A stretch of 64,000 nt of DNA from Planctomycetota bacterium (GCA_038227875.1 JBBRPR010000006.1:1-64000), one strand, 5' to 3'. Counted from the stretch's first letter, positions 46,111 to 54,215 are shown. Notes: generated from the letters alone by a model not told the origin. A program made the numbers and translations.

Positions 46111-46752
46111 TCACAGCGACTGCGGACAATCGCCGTGATATTCAATCCAGTGGACCACCACTGTCGGATCCGGGCCGCGCCAATCGATCGACATCTCTTT
46201 GCTCACCGGCGTGCCTTCCGCTCGCTGGTATTCGCTGTACACGCATGTCAGCACGCGATCGGGCGGAACGGGCTTTTCCACGAATTTCGCCGGGTGCTTG
46301 GTCATCGAACCGCGGCGCCAGCCGCCGGGCGTCAGATGCCACTGCGTCCACTCGTCGCGCAGCGCCTCCTGATGCGGCTGCGGTTCCGGCGGTTTGGCTT
46401 TGAAGAACAACTTCGCCGCCGCCAGGTCCGGCGCGACCTTCAACACGCCGACCAGTCCCAGCAACTTCAACACTTCCAGCACCGGCTCCGACGGCGCCAG
46501 CAGCACCACATTGCCGCCGTGCTTTTGAGCCTGGTTGGTGGCGGAAACAATCGTCCCCAACCCGGCGGATGATACGTACTCGATCTCGGTCATGGCGATA
46601 ATCAGCGCGTAAGTGCCCTCACTGAAGATCGCCTCGATCGCGCTTTCCAGCGACTCAAAGGAATGGGTGTCCAACGAACCGCCGAGATGGAGCATCTCAA
46701 TGCGTTCGTCCTTGAGCGAATCCCGATTGATGGTGAGATCTTTTATCATCAT
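46111..46752 (-). CDS. STAS-domain anti-sigma antagonist fused to a small Trp-rich domain
   Basis: GSLD, YVSSAGLG, VLKLLGL; C-terminal EWTQWHLTPGGW. Confidence 0.8.
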   Translation of the reverse strand: MMIKDLTINRDSLKDERIEMLHLGGSLDTHSFESLESAIEAIFSEGTYALIIAMTEIEYVSSAGLGTIVSATNQAQKHGGNVVLLAPSEPVLEVLKLLGLVGVLKVAPDLAAAKLFFKAKPPEPQPHQEALRDEWTQWHLTPGGWRRGSMTKHPAKFVEKPVPPDRVLTCVYSEYQRAEGTPVSKEMSIDWRGPDPTVVVHWIEYHGDCPQSL

Positions 46753-47085
46753 GGTCGAATCCCAGTTGTAGGTCGGTACTACAGATATAGAAGACATAAC
46801 GCACGTCGTGCATTTGTCAATCGACGTGTCGATAAAATTTAAAATATTATGCTTCAAGTGTATGTCCTGTATAAATTTGTACAACGGAAGAGATTGCCTG
46901 TAGGATTCATCCCGACGCAGATTGTGAGCTCACTGGATAAGGGCAAAGTTCCCACCCATCTCTCTGGACCGGGTCGACTGCGCGCTTTCAACGATCTCGT
47001 GCGTTACCAATTTTTTTAGTTGGCTCAAGTTTGCATACCCACTTTCCCCCGACTATCATTTCTGGGTCACTGGAGAATTGAAACT

Positions 47086-47868
47086 ATGAAAACGCTCTTC
47101 GCCACTCTCGCCGCCGCACTCCTGTTTGCCGCATTCAATCCCGCGCGCGCCGCCGAGCAGGTCACCGTCACCTACACGGACGGCAAAAGCGACAGCGGAG
47201 AACTGCTCTCGCAAGACGCCGACAAGATCGTCATGCGCGTCAGCGTCGGCGGCAATCATGTCGACATGCCGATCGTGTGGGCACGGATTCAGAAACTCAG
47301 CAACGGTCTGACTCAGGACGCTGCAGCTAAGAAGTGGAAAGCCGACAACCAGGATAAGCTCTGCCCCGATTGCAACGGCGACAAGAAGATCGTCTGCAAA
47401 AAATGTACCGGCACCGGTCTGCTCGCACGCGCCATGATTCCTTGCACCGCCTGCAAAGGCGAAGGAAGCATTCCGTGCACATTTAAGCTCTGCGACAAAG
47501 GCCAGGTCCCCTGCCCCGGCAAGTGCCTCAAACTGAGCGAAGGGAAATGGGTCAAGGGCAAGGAGGATCACCTCTGGCGGCGCTTCGACTACAAAGGCGG
47601 CTACATGGAATGGAGCGATCGGCACTTGGGCGAAGTGATCGAATTCAACGCCGCCGGCGTCCCCGAGAACAAAGGCCCGTGTCCGCTCTGCAACGGCACG
47701 CAGAAAGCGGCCTGCAAAGTCTGCGAAGGCAAAGGCGTGACGCAATGCACGCTCTGCAAAGGCGCCAAAGAAATCCCCGCACCCGGCCCAGAAAAGAAAT
47801 GCCCCGATTGCAACGGCGCGAAGAAAATCACCTGTCCGACGTGCAAAGGAACGGGATTGAAAGACTGA
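47086..47868 (+). CDS. Secreted protein with DnaJ-type CxxCxG zinc-finger repeats
   Basis: Signal peptide ending ARA; eight CxxCxG motifs plus two variants; GGAG RBS. Confidence 0.8.
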   Translation: MKTLFATLAAALLFAAFNPARAAEQVTVTYTDGKSDSGELLSQDADKIVMRVSVGGNHVDMPIVWARIQKLSNGLTQDAAAKKWKADNQDKLCPDCNGDKKIVCKKCTGTGLLARAMIPCTACKGEGSIPCTFKLCDKGQVPCPGKCLKLSEGKWVKGKEDHLWRRFDYKGGYMEWSDRHLGEVIEFNAAGVPENKGPCPLCNGTQKAACKVCEGKGVTQCTLCKGAKEIPAPGPEKKCPDCNGAKKITCPTCKGTGLKD

Positions 47869-47990
47869 CGGCGAAGCAATTCAAAATTCAAAAACGCACG
47901 CGGCAAGCATTTCGCGCCACGGATACGCGGAACTTTGAGCGTAGCGAAAAGTTACGTTCATCCGTGCATTGAGCGCTGATTAACCTGTGT

Positions 47991-48431
47991 TTATTTCCTT
48001 TTACTTAGCATTTCTAAAACATTTTTTACTACGTTTTGAAAAAGTCTGGCTCGTTCAGGATCGGTCGGTAGTGGGGAAGCGCCCTTTATCGCGGTAAATT
48101 TTGATGGATCTTGAGCGGCCACGTCCTGAAGCGTAAGCGTGAAATTCACAGAAACACTCTTCATGATTTCTGGAAGATTATTGCATTCTAGGAATCCCTT
48201 TTTGCATAACTCATCGAAAGACTTCGGCCATTCTCCTGGATAGAACTGGATGTAAAGAGCTATCGCCTCAAAAACAGTTTCTCGATAGTCCGGTTCGTAA
48301 ATTAATCTCGCGTCTCGAGAAGTGCGCTCGTCGTTCAGTTGAATATTCACTTCCAGGCCGAGCAGTATTCCCAGCAATAGTGTAATTGCCAAAATCCCGC
48401 GGAGTGAAAATTGAAAACGTGGGCTCGTCAC
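47991..48431 (-). CDS. Membrane-anchored hypothetical protein (paralog 1)
   Basis: FQFSLR + TM, PGEWPKSFDEL, FTLTL..FTAI; start overlaps the upstream stop. Confidence 0.75.
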   Translation of the reverse strand: MTSPRFQFSLRGILAITLLLGILLGLEVNIQLNDERTSRDARLIYEPDYRETVFEAIALYIQFYPGEWPKSFDELCKKGFLECNNLPEIMKSVSVNFTLTLQDVAAQDPSKFTAIKGASPLPTDPERARLFQNVVKNVLEMLSKRK

Positions 48432-48883
48432 TTTTCAAGGTTCTCAATTTGCACTTCCCGGATAGCGTCGATGAATACCTCGGTATATTCCAAGTCGCTG
48501 GTCTGCCACTTGGGATTTGAATGCCGAATCGCGGTAAAATTCGACAGGCCCTGTTTAGCAGCATCATCCAGCGTAAGTTTGAAGTCGATCAAAACATTTC
48601 GTTCCAAACTCAAATCATAGGCAACCGCGATGGATTGAGGATAGGTTTTATTATCATTCCACAACTCTTCCCAGGAACGTGGCCACTGTCCGGGATGTCC
48701 CTGAACAAAATGCATGACTAACAATTCAGCCGACCCGACGTCTATACGTTCCCGCTGCCGCTCCTGTTCCGCGACTCTACTTAAATAAAACGCCACAACC
48801 AAGCCAAGCATGAGACTCGAGAAAAGCGTCATAATCACCATGAACTTCAGCGAGATCTGAAACAGCGCCGGTTTCTTTTCCAT
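48428..48883 (-). CDS. Membrane-anchored hypothetical protein (paralog 2)
   Basis: FQISLK + TM, PGQWPRSWEEL, FKLTL..FTAI. Confidence 0.75.
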   Translation of the reverse strand: MEKKPALFQISLKFMVIMTLFSSLMLGLVVAFYLSRVAEQERQRERIDVGSAELLVMHFVQGHPGQWPRSWEELWNDNKTYPQSIAVAYDLSLERNVLIDFKLTLDDAAKQGLSNFTAIRHSNPKWQTSDLEYTEVFIDAIREVQIENLEK

Positions 48884-48912
48884 TTTTTGTGTGCGCTCCG
48901 GTCTATGCGCAA

Positions 48913-50082
48913 TTACTTATTCAACACGCCACGCCACTCATTGTCGCGCTTGGTCCAGAACTTCAAGCGCCGACCCCGCCGGTCGATGTATCCCTCGAAA
49001 AACCCGCGATCGGGCGTCTGCTCTCCAACCCAGGCAATGCCGGAATCGAAATTGGACCACAGTTCGAAGTGATGGGCGAGAACTTCCTTGCCGGTCGTGT
49101 CGATCACTGCCGCGCCTGTTTTCGTCCAGACGAAAGCCAGTCCCTCGTGGAACGAATATGCGCGCCGATACTGAAGAGGAATGATCAACGTTCCGGTACG
49201 GTCGATAAATCCAACATCGTCTCCCGAATTGGATCCGCTTTTCCGGCCAATCAGGGCGAGGTCTTCGGAAAACGAATACGCCCGGTCGTATTGAAACGGA
49301 ATGACAACCGTTCCCGTTTTGTCGATGTATCCAAACTTGCCGTTCTTGCGAACCGGAGCAAGCCCTTTAACGAAGTCCCCCGCAAAGTCGAATTGCGGAG
49401 TAATGACCACGTCCCCGGCCGCATTCACAAAGCCGCACTTGCCCTCATTCGAAAACAGGTGCCCGCCCTTTTTGATCACTGCCAGTCCGTCGGAGAAGGA
49501 GAGTGCGTCGTCGTAGATCGCCGGAATTGATTCCTCTCCTTTGGTGTTCAGGAATCCGAATTTGCCGGCGCGTTCAAACGGAGCCAGTCCTTCGCTAAAC
49601 CGCCTCACTGAATCGTATTGGGGCTCTTTTAGAAATTTCCCGGTGGTATCGATGAATCCCCACTTTCCACCCTCGGCGCAATTCCCTCCCGGTTTCCAGA
49701 CTCCGCCGATATTCACGCCGGCGAAACCTTCGGAAAACCGCGTCGTCCAGTCAAAGGCTGCCGCAATGGCCCACTTGCCATGCACATCGATGTATCCAAA
49801 TTTCCCATCCTGCCAGCACTCCGCCAAGTTTTCCGAAAACGGAGCCACCGCTGCAAACTGAGGCGCGATGACGGTCTTTCCATCCTTGTCAATAAACCCG
49901 TACCAGTTCCCCTCTTTGTAGAGTCCAAGACCACAGGAAAAATGCGGAGACTGGGTCAGCCAGCCCTCCACGCTTTGCGGAACCGGCGTCCAGACGTATA
50001 CCCGATAAACGATCCCCGCAGCCATGAGCAGCACGACAATTAGTCCCGCAAACGCGAGTAGGATCTTTTTGACCAGTTTCAT
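48913..50082 (-). CDS. WG-repeat (KWG-like) protein
   Basis: Repeated 'GKFGYIDxxGxxVIPxQYDxAxxFSEGLA'; N-terminal TM; start 50082 adjacent to the upstream stop. Confidence 0.9.
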   Translation of the reverse strand: MKLVKKILLAFAGLIVVLLMAAGIVYRVYVWTPVPQSVEGWLTQSPHFSCGLGLYKEGNWYGFIDKDGKTVIAPQFAAVAPFSENLAECWQDGKFGYIDVHGKWAIAAAFDWTTRFSEGFAGVNIGGVWKPGGNCAEGGKWGFIDTTGKFLKEPQYDSVRRFSEGLAPFERAGKFGFLNTKGEESIPAIYDDALSFSDGLAVIKKGGHLFSNEGKCGFVNAAGDVVITPQFDFAGDFVKGLAPVRKNGKFGYIDKTGTVVIPFQYDRAYSFSEDLALIGRKSGSNSGDDVGFIDRTGTLIIPLQYRRAYSFHEGLAFVWTKTGAAVIDTTGKEVLAHHFELWSNFDSGIAWVGEQTPDRGFFEGYIDRRGRRLKFWTKRDNEWRGVLNK

Positions 50083-50083
50083 T

Positions 50084-50593
50084 TCATTGCGGTTCCGGTC
50101 CTGGAGGTTCATGGGATTTCTTTTGCGAGGCGCGAACATATCTTAGAAATTCGTCGATAAATTCCGGCTGTTGATCACGCCAATTTGGATTCGCCGTCTG
50201 AATTGCCGTGAAATTCGATGGGGTTTGATTGGCGACTTCTTCGAGCGTTAAATTGAAATCCACAAAAACGTGCTTCTCAAGATTCTTGTCGAAAGCGATC
50301 ATGTCGGTTATCGCAGAGGGAGTAAATTGGCCGGGATGATACTTGGGATGATTATTCCATAAATCATCCCAAGACCGTGGCCACTCGCCGGGATGATTCT
50401 CAAGATAAAGCAGTACGAGGCACTCTACTTTCTTGCGGTCAATCAAAGCCTGCTTCAGTTGTTCGTGCATTGAAAGCTTTACATAGACCGTCACCGCCAC
50501 TCCCCAGAATGCCGCGAAGAGAAGCAACGCAATAACCATGAACCGAAGTGAAAACTGAACGAACGGCGCCTTCGTATCCTTAAACTCGTCCAC
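50084..50593 (-). CDS. Membrane-anchored hypothetical protein (paralog 3)
   Basis: VQFSLR + TM, PGEWPRSWDDL, FNLTL..FTAI; GAGGA RBS. Confidence 0.75.
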   Translation of the reverse strand: MDEFKDTKAPFVQFSLRFMVIALLLFAAFWGVAVTVYVKLSMHEQLKQALIDRKKVECLVLLYLENHPGEWPRSWDDLWNNHPKYHPGQFTPSAITDMIAFDKNLEKHVFVDFNLTLEEVANQTPSNFTAIQTANPNWRDQQPEFIDEFLRYVRASQKKSHEPPGPEPQ

Positions 50594-50617
50594 AGTCCTC
50601 GGCGCTCCATACCCGTC

Positions 50618-50815
50618 CTATTGCTCATCCGTTCTTTGCGCCTTTGCGTCTCTGCGCGAGGCTAACAACGCCAGCATCTCCGGCGAAATGCTCACCGGCA
50701 CCACCTGCCCGCAATACGGTTCGATATTGACATATCCCCGCGCGCGCACGCTCGCCAGACGCGCGGGAGGCATCCGCGCCAGCACGTCCACCGCAAGCAA
50801 CTCAAGCTCAGTCAT
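50618..50815 (-). CDS. Small hypothetical protein
   Basis: 65-aa ORF co-oriented just upstream of the paralog operon. Confidence 0.4.
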   Translation of the reverse strand: MTELELLAVDVLARMPPARLASVRARGYVNIEPYCGQVVPVSISPEMLALLASRRDAKAQRTDEQ

Positions 50816-50856
50816 TATTTCCAATCGCACTCCCACGATAATCGCGGATGCATTCT

Positions 50857-50961
50857 ATCGCGCCCACCCCGCCAATCCGCAATCCGAAATCCGCAATCCG
50901 CAATTTTTTCGATTTTCCCCGCCTCCTTGCCCACGGTCCTTCCCACCCCGCCGGATATCTT
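50857..50961 (+). repeat. Direct repeat copy A (AATCCGC heptamers plus conserved upstream motif)
   Basis: 50857-50904 matches 51725-51772 at 44/48 nt; CCTTGCCC-N6-CTTCCCACCCC at 50925-50949. Confidence 0.8.
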
Positions 50962-51009
50962 CAGAGCGTCAATGCTGCCGTCTCGCTTAATTAGAACGGA
51001 GGAATCACT

Positions 51010-51273
51010 ATGCTGACGAGGTACAGGAGCAAGCCCGTAAAATTCAACAGAATTAAGCCCTGCCGAAAGTGCAGACTTAAGACACCTCACGCCGCTATGA
51101 AGCGTGCGATGCGTTATTTGGAAGATGAAATGCGCACTCCATACGTATGTCCGTACTGTATTTTTTTCCAGATTGGACATCCACTTCCGCGCTATACAAA
51201 TGGCTCGGAGAGAGTTCAATGTTGCGACCGAAACGGAACGATCAATCATGCGGCGACATCCCGAACACAATGA
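51010..51273 (+). CDS. Small Cys-rich (zinc-finger-like) protein
   Basis: GGAGG RBS; CRK..T..AA..A..R.PYVCPYC..FQIGH. Confidence 0.6.
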   Translation: MLTRYRSKPVKFNRIKPCRKCRLKTPHAAMKRAMRYLEDEMRTPYVCPYCIFFQIGHPLPRYTNGSERVQCCDRNGTINHAATSRTQ

Positions 51274-51718
51274 CGAGTTTGACCGCGCCTTCGACGCACT
51301 CCTTGCCACCGCGTTTGACGAGTACCTTCGCAAGCAATCGGCGGCGTTAATCGACAATGAATCGACCAAGTGGCACTACGAATTGGAAACCTGCACATTT
51401 ACATTCAAACGTTTCTTCTTGTTCAGGCGGAAATTCACTCTCACGCCGATAGCCACCTACTTGCCATCCAAGTCAAGTTGGCTGTGGGCGTGGGCCAACG
51501 ATTCGCTCCCTCCGCTGGCGCGAGAACGCTCCGCGCGCATTAAAACGCTGACCGAAAAAACCAAGTACAAGATCTTCACCTCCCCGCAGTTCGACGTGAC
51601 GAGCGAAGAAATCGACGAACTCTGCGCACTCGCACTTCACCACCTGGATGGGAGTTCGCTGTTTAAGGTCAAGTCATCCGAACCCTGGCTGTATCTCGTG
51701 CTCCATGAAAATCCATGA
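51248..51718 (+). CDS. DUF6882-like protein
   Basis: IATY....SWLWAWANDSL motif; start uncertain. Confidence 0.6.
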   Translation: MRRHPEHNDEFDRAFDALLATAFDEYLRKQSAALIDNESTKWHYELETCTFTFKRFFLFRRKFTLTPIATYLPSKSSWLWAWANDSLPPLARERSARIKTLTEKTKYKIFTSPQFDVTSEEIDELCALALHHLDGSSLFKVKSSEPWLYLVLHENP

Positions 51719-51724
51719 ACACCC

Positions 51725-51851
51725 ATCGCGTTCACCCCGCCAATCCGCAATTTGAAATCCGCAATCCGCAATAATTCTGCACTCATTTCTCATAATTCTG
51801 AATTTCCTCCCACCCCCTTGCCCTCTATACTTCCCACCCCCCTGGTAAGTT
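51725..51851 (+). repeat. Direct repeat copy B, upstream of the WYL gene
   Basis: Matches copy A; CCTTGCCC-N6-CTTCCCACCCC at 51816-51840 then TAAGTT. Confidence 0.8.
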
Positions 51852-51873
51852 TACAGGAGAAAGGGAGGGAAGA

Positions 51874-52896
51874 ATGCCCGTTACGTCCCATGCCGGCAGG
51901 CTCCAGGCGGCGATGCAGATCCACCGCGAGATCCTGGCCGGCAAATATCCCAACGCCACGTCGCTCGGTAAGCTGCTCGGTGTCAGCTCCAAGACGGCGC
52001 GGTCGTACGTCGAGCTCACAGCCGATGTTTTCGGCGTCAATCCGCTCTACGACGAATATCAATACGGTTACTACTATCAGAACGTGCCCAAGGCCCCGCT
52101 GATTCCAAACCTGCGGGAGGAGGAGGTCGCGGCCGTGTTCCTGATCGAACAGGCCGCGCGCGATCTGACCGGGTCGCCGGTTCAAAAAGTTCTCGAATCG
52201 GTCCTGTCCAAACTGGCGCTGATGCTGCCGTCGAGTTGCAACGTCACTCTCGACGACATCGGCAGCGCGTTGTCCCTGCGCTCCGACCGGGGCGCATCCG
52301 TGGCTCAGCGGGATCAGGAAACGCTGACCACATTATATTCCGCGCTGCTGCAACGGCGCTGCGTCGGCATCACGTACGAAGCGCCGGGTCAAAAAGCCCC
52401 GACACGCCGGACGATCGACCCGATCCATTTGACCCGTTGCGAAGGTCAGTGGTACCTGGTCGCGTACTGCCACCTCCGCAAGGAGATCCGCACGTTCGTG
52501 CCGGCGCGGATGAAAAACGTGAAGGTGCTGAGCGAGAAGTTTGAGCGCCCCCCGAATTTCGATCCGCGCGAGCACTTCCGCACCGCCTTCGGCATCGCGG
52601 CCGGAAAGGACGTGCGCGAGGTCGCCATCCGTTTCGACGTCGCCGTGGCTGTGCTGATCCGCGAACGGCAGTGGCATCCAACACAGAAGCTCGAGGAGCT
52701 GCCCGGCGGCGCCGTACGCATGACAATCACCTGTTCTCAAGGAATAGAATTACAGGCGTGGATCTTAAGTTGGGGAGAGCAGGTGCACGTCGAAAGTCCG
52801 ACGGAGCTGATCGAAACCATCCGCCGCCGCCACTGGGCCGCAGCGGCAGGATATGCCGGGAACACGAATAAAATGGATGGCCTAACGATTGCTTAA
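51874..52896 (+). CDS. WYL-domain transcriptional regulator (wHTH-WYL-WCX; PafC/DriD-like)
   Basis: LGKLLGVSSKTARSY HTH; RTIDPIHL..QWYLVAYCHLRKEIRTF; WILSWGEQVHVESP. Confidence 0.92.
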   Translation: MPVTSHAGRLQAAMQIHREILAGKYPNATSLGKLLGVSSKTARSYVELTADVFGVNPLYDEYQYGYYYQNVPKAPLIPNLREEEVAAVFLIEQAARDLTGSPVQKVLESVLSKLALMLPSSCNVTLDDIGSALSLRSDRGASVAQRDQETLTTLYSALLQRRCVGITYEAPGQKAPTRRTIDPIHLTRCEGQWYLVAYCHLRKEIRTFVPARMKNVKVLSEKFERPPNFDPREHFRTAFGIAAGKDVREVAIRFDVAVAVLIRERQWHPTQKLEELPGGAVRMTITCSQGIELQAWILSWGEQVHVESPTELIETIRRRHWAAAAGYAGNTNKMDGLTIA

Positions 52897-52963
52897 TTTG
52901 GTCAACGTTAGTCGTTCAGAAGGTGGAGTCGATTTGAACGTCTCACTTACGAAGGAGGGTAGC

Positions 52964-53257
52964 ATGAACACCCATTCCGCAGTCCTGATTCAGGAAAACG
53001 TCGTCGCATTGAACGATTACGATATGCAATTGACCCTGGCGCTGATTGGCGACACCGCCGACGCGCTGCTGGAAAAGGCCGCTGTCGACCACGACGACAA
53101 CGCGCTTGACGAAGCGTGGGAATACATCGATTTGTATAACAAAATGAGCCAACGCACCGAACCCGAGATGCGTTCCGTCCCGAAGCCCGAACGCCGCCGC
53201 CATCAAGGTGTTATAGCCTCTGGCCGCGCGACGCCTCGCGCTTCGCGACGTTTCTAA
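52964..53257 (+). CDS. Small hypothetical protein
   Basis: AAGGAGG RBS before ATG 52964; acidic helical core, Arg-rich tail. Confidence 0.6.
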   Translation: MNTHSAVLIQENVVALNDYDMQLTLALIGDTADALLEKAAVDHDDNALDEAWEYIDLYNKMSQRTEPEMRSVPKPERRRHQGVIASGRATPRASRRF

Positions 53258-53410
53258 TTCGAGCAGTAATTTCTTGAATATATCCCTGAGTTCGGGTGTT
53301 TCTAAATGTGGGAAACGAGACGTATGCGGGGTTCTGCGCGGGCCTCTGGGGAGGCCAACCGCGCAGCACGCACCCACCACTTTCGACCTGACAAGGGAGG
53401 TTCAAGTTTC

Positions 53411-53833
53411 ATGAAGTACGCATGGATTCCGATGTTCGTTCTGGCGTTGAGTGTCGCTGGCGTTTCCACCGTCAAGGCCGCCGAAGAAACCAAGGCCGCC
53501 GCCACGGCTGCGCACTACACCGACATCGAACATAAGGATTTGGTCAAACTGATCGAGGAAAAGAAAGTCTTCCTGATTGATTGCAACGGCAGCGAAACGT
53601 TTAAGGCCGGGCACATTCCCGGCGCGATCGATTTTGAAACGAAGGGTGCCGATTTAGCGAAAGTATTGCCCGCCGACAAGAGTGCCCTGATCGTCGCGTA
53701 TTGCGGCAGCGTCTACTGTCCCGCGTACAAGTCAGGCGCCGACGCCGCCGCGAAGCTCGGCTACACGAACGTCAAGCATTACGCCGGTGGATTGGCCGGC
53801 TGGCAGGAATCCGGCGAAAAGCTCGAAAAGTAG
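53411..53833 (+). CDS. Secreted rhodanese-like domain protein
   Basis: Signal peptide, GHIPGA, YCGSVYC, LGYTNV.HYAGGLAGW; GGAGG RBS. Confidence 0.9.
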   Translation: MKYAWIPMFVLALSVAGVSTVKAAEETKAAATAAHYTDIEHKDLVKLIEEKKVFLIDCNGSETFKAGHIPGAIDFETKGADLAKVLPADKSALIVAYCGSVYCPAYKSGADAAAKLGYTNVKHYAGGLAGWQESGEKLEK

Positions 53834-53870
53834 TTCGCCCGTTCCCCCGACCCGCCATCCCGAAATTCCT

Positions 53871-53910
53871 CGTGCTGAGTTCCGCGAAAGCGGCTCAGCA
53901 CGTTTTGTTT
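53871..53910 (+). terminator. Intrinsic terminator
   Basis: cgtgctgag-tt-ccgc-GAAA-gcgg-ctcagcacg followed by ttttgttt. Confidence 0.8.
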
Positions 53911-53956
53911 CGGGAGTTCGAACGTCCGCTTCCCCATCCGCCAACGCCGGCGCAGT

Positions 53957-54125
53957 CCGGCCAAAAGCGGACAAAACCGGACACGCGCGAGCGAAGCGAA
54001 TTCGGTGGGGCTGCGCGCAGCCGGAAAAAAGCGGACATTTCCGGACATGTCCGCCGCAGCCAGGGGTGTGCGAACCGGACATAAAACCGGACAAAACCGG
54101 ACAAAACCGGACAAAACCGGACACG
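53957..54125 (+). repeat. Three clusters of 10-bp-periodic CCGGACAAAA repeats
   Basis: 53957-53984, 54021-54048 and 54075-54124 (the last contains four perfect tandem AAAACCGGAC). Confidence 0.9.
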
Positions 54126-54215
54126 CTTTGCTCAGCAGGCGTATATTCGATAGGATTTATAGACATCTGCTGAGTTATGATGTTAAGCAACTATCGAACA
54201 TTTTAGGATCGCCTA

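Noticed and set aside
47991..52896. Prophage or integrative element
   Set aside because: No integrase, transposase, structural phage genes or tRNA attachment site seen.
53957..54125. CRISPR array or real ORFs (53732-54190 minus, 53787-54173 plus)
   Set aside because: Irregular spacing and tandem 10-mers; the ORFs overlap the rhodanese gene and terminator and appear to be by-products of a stop-free repeat.
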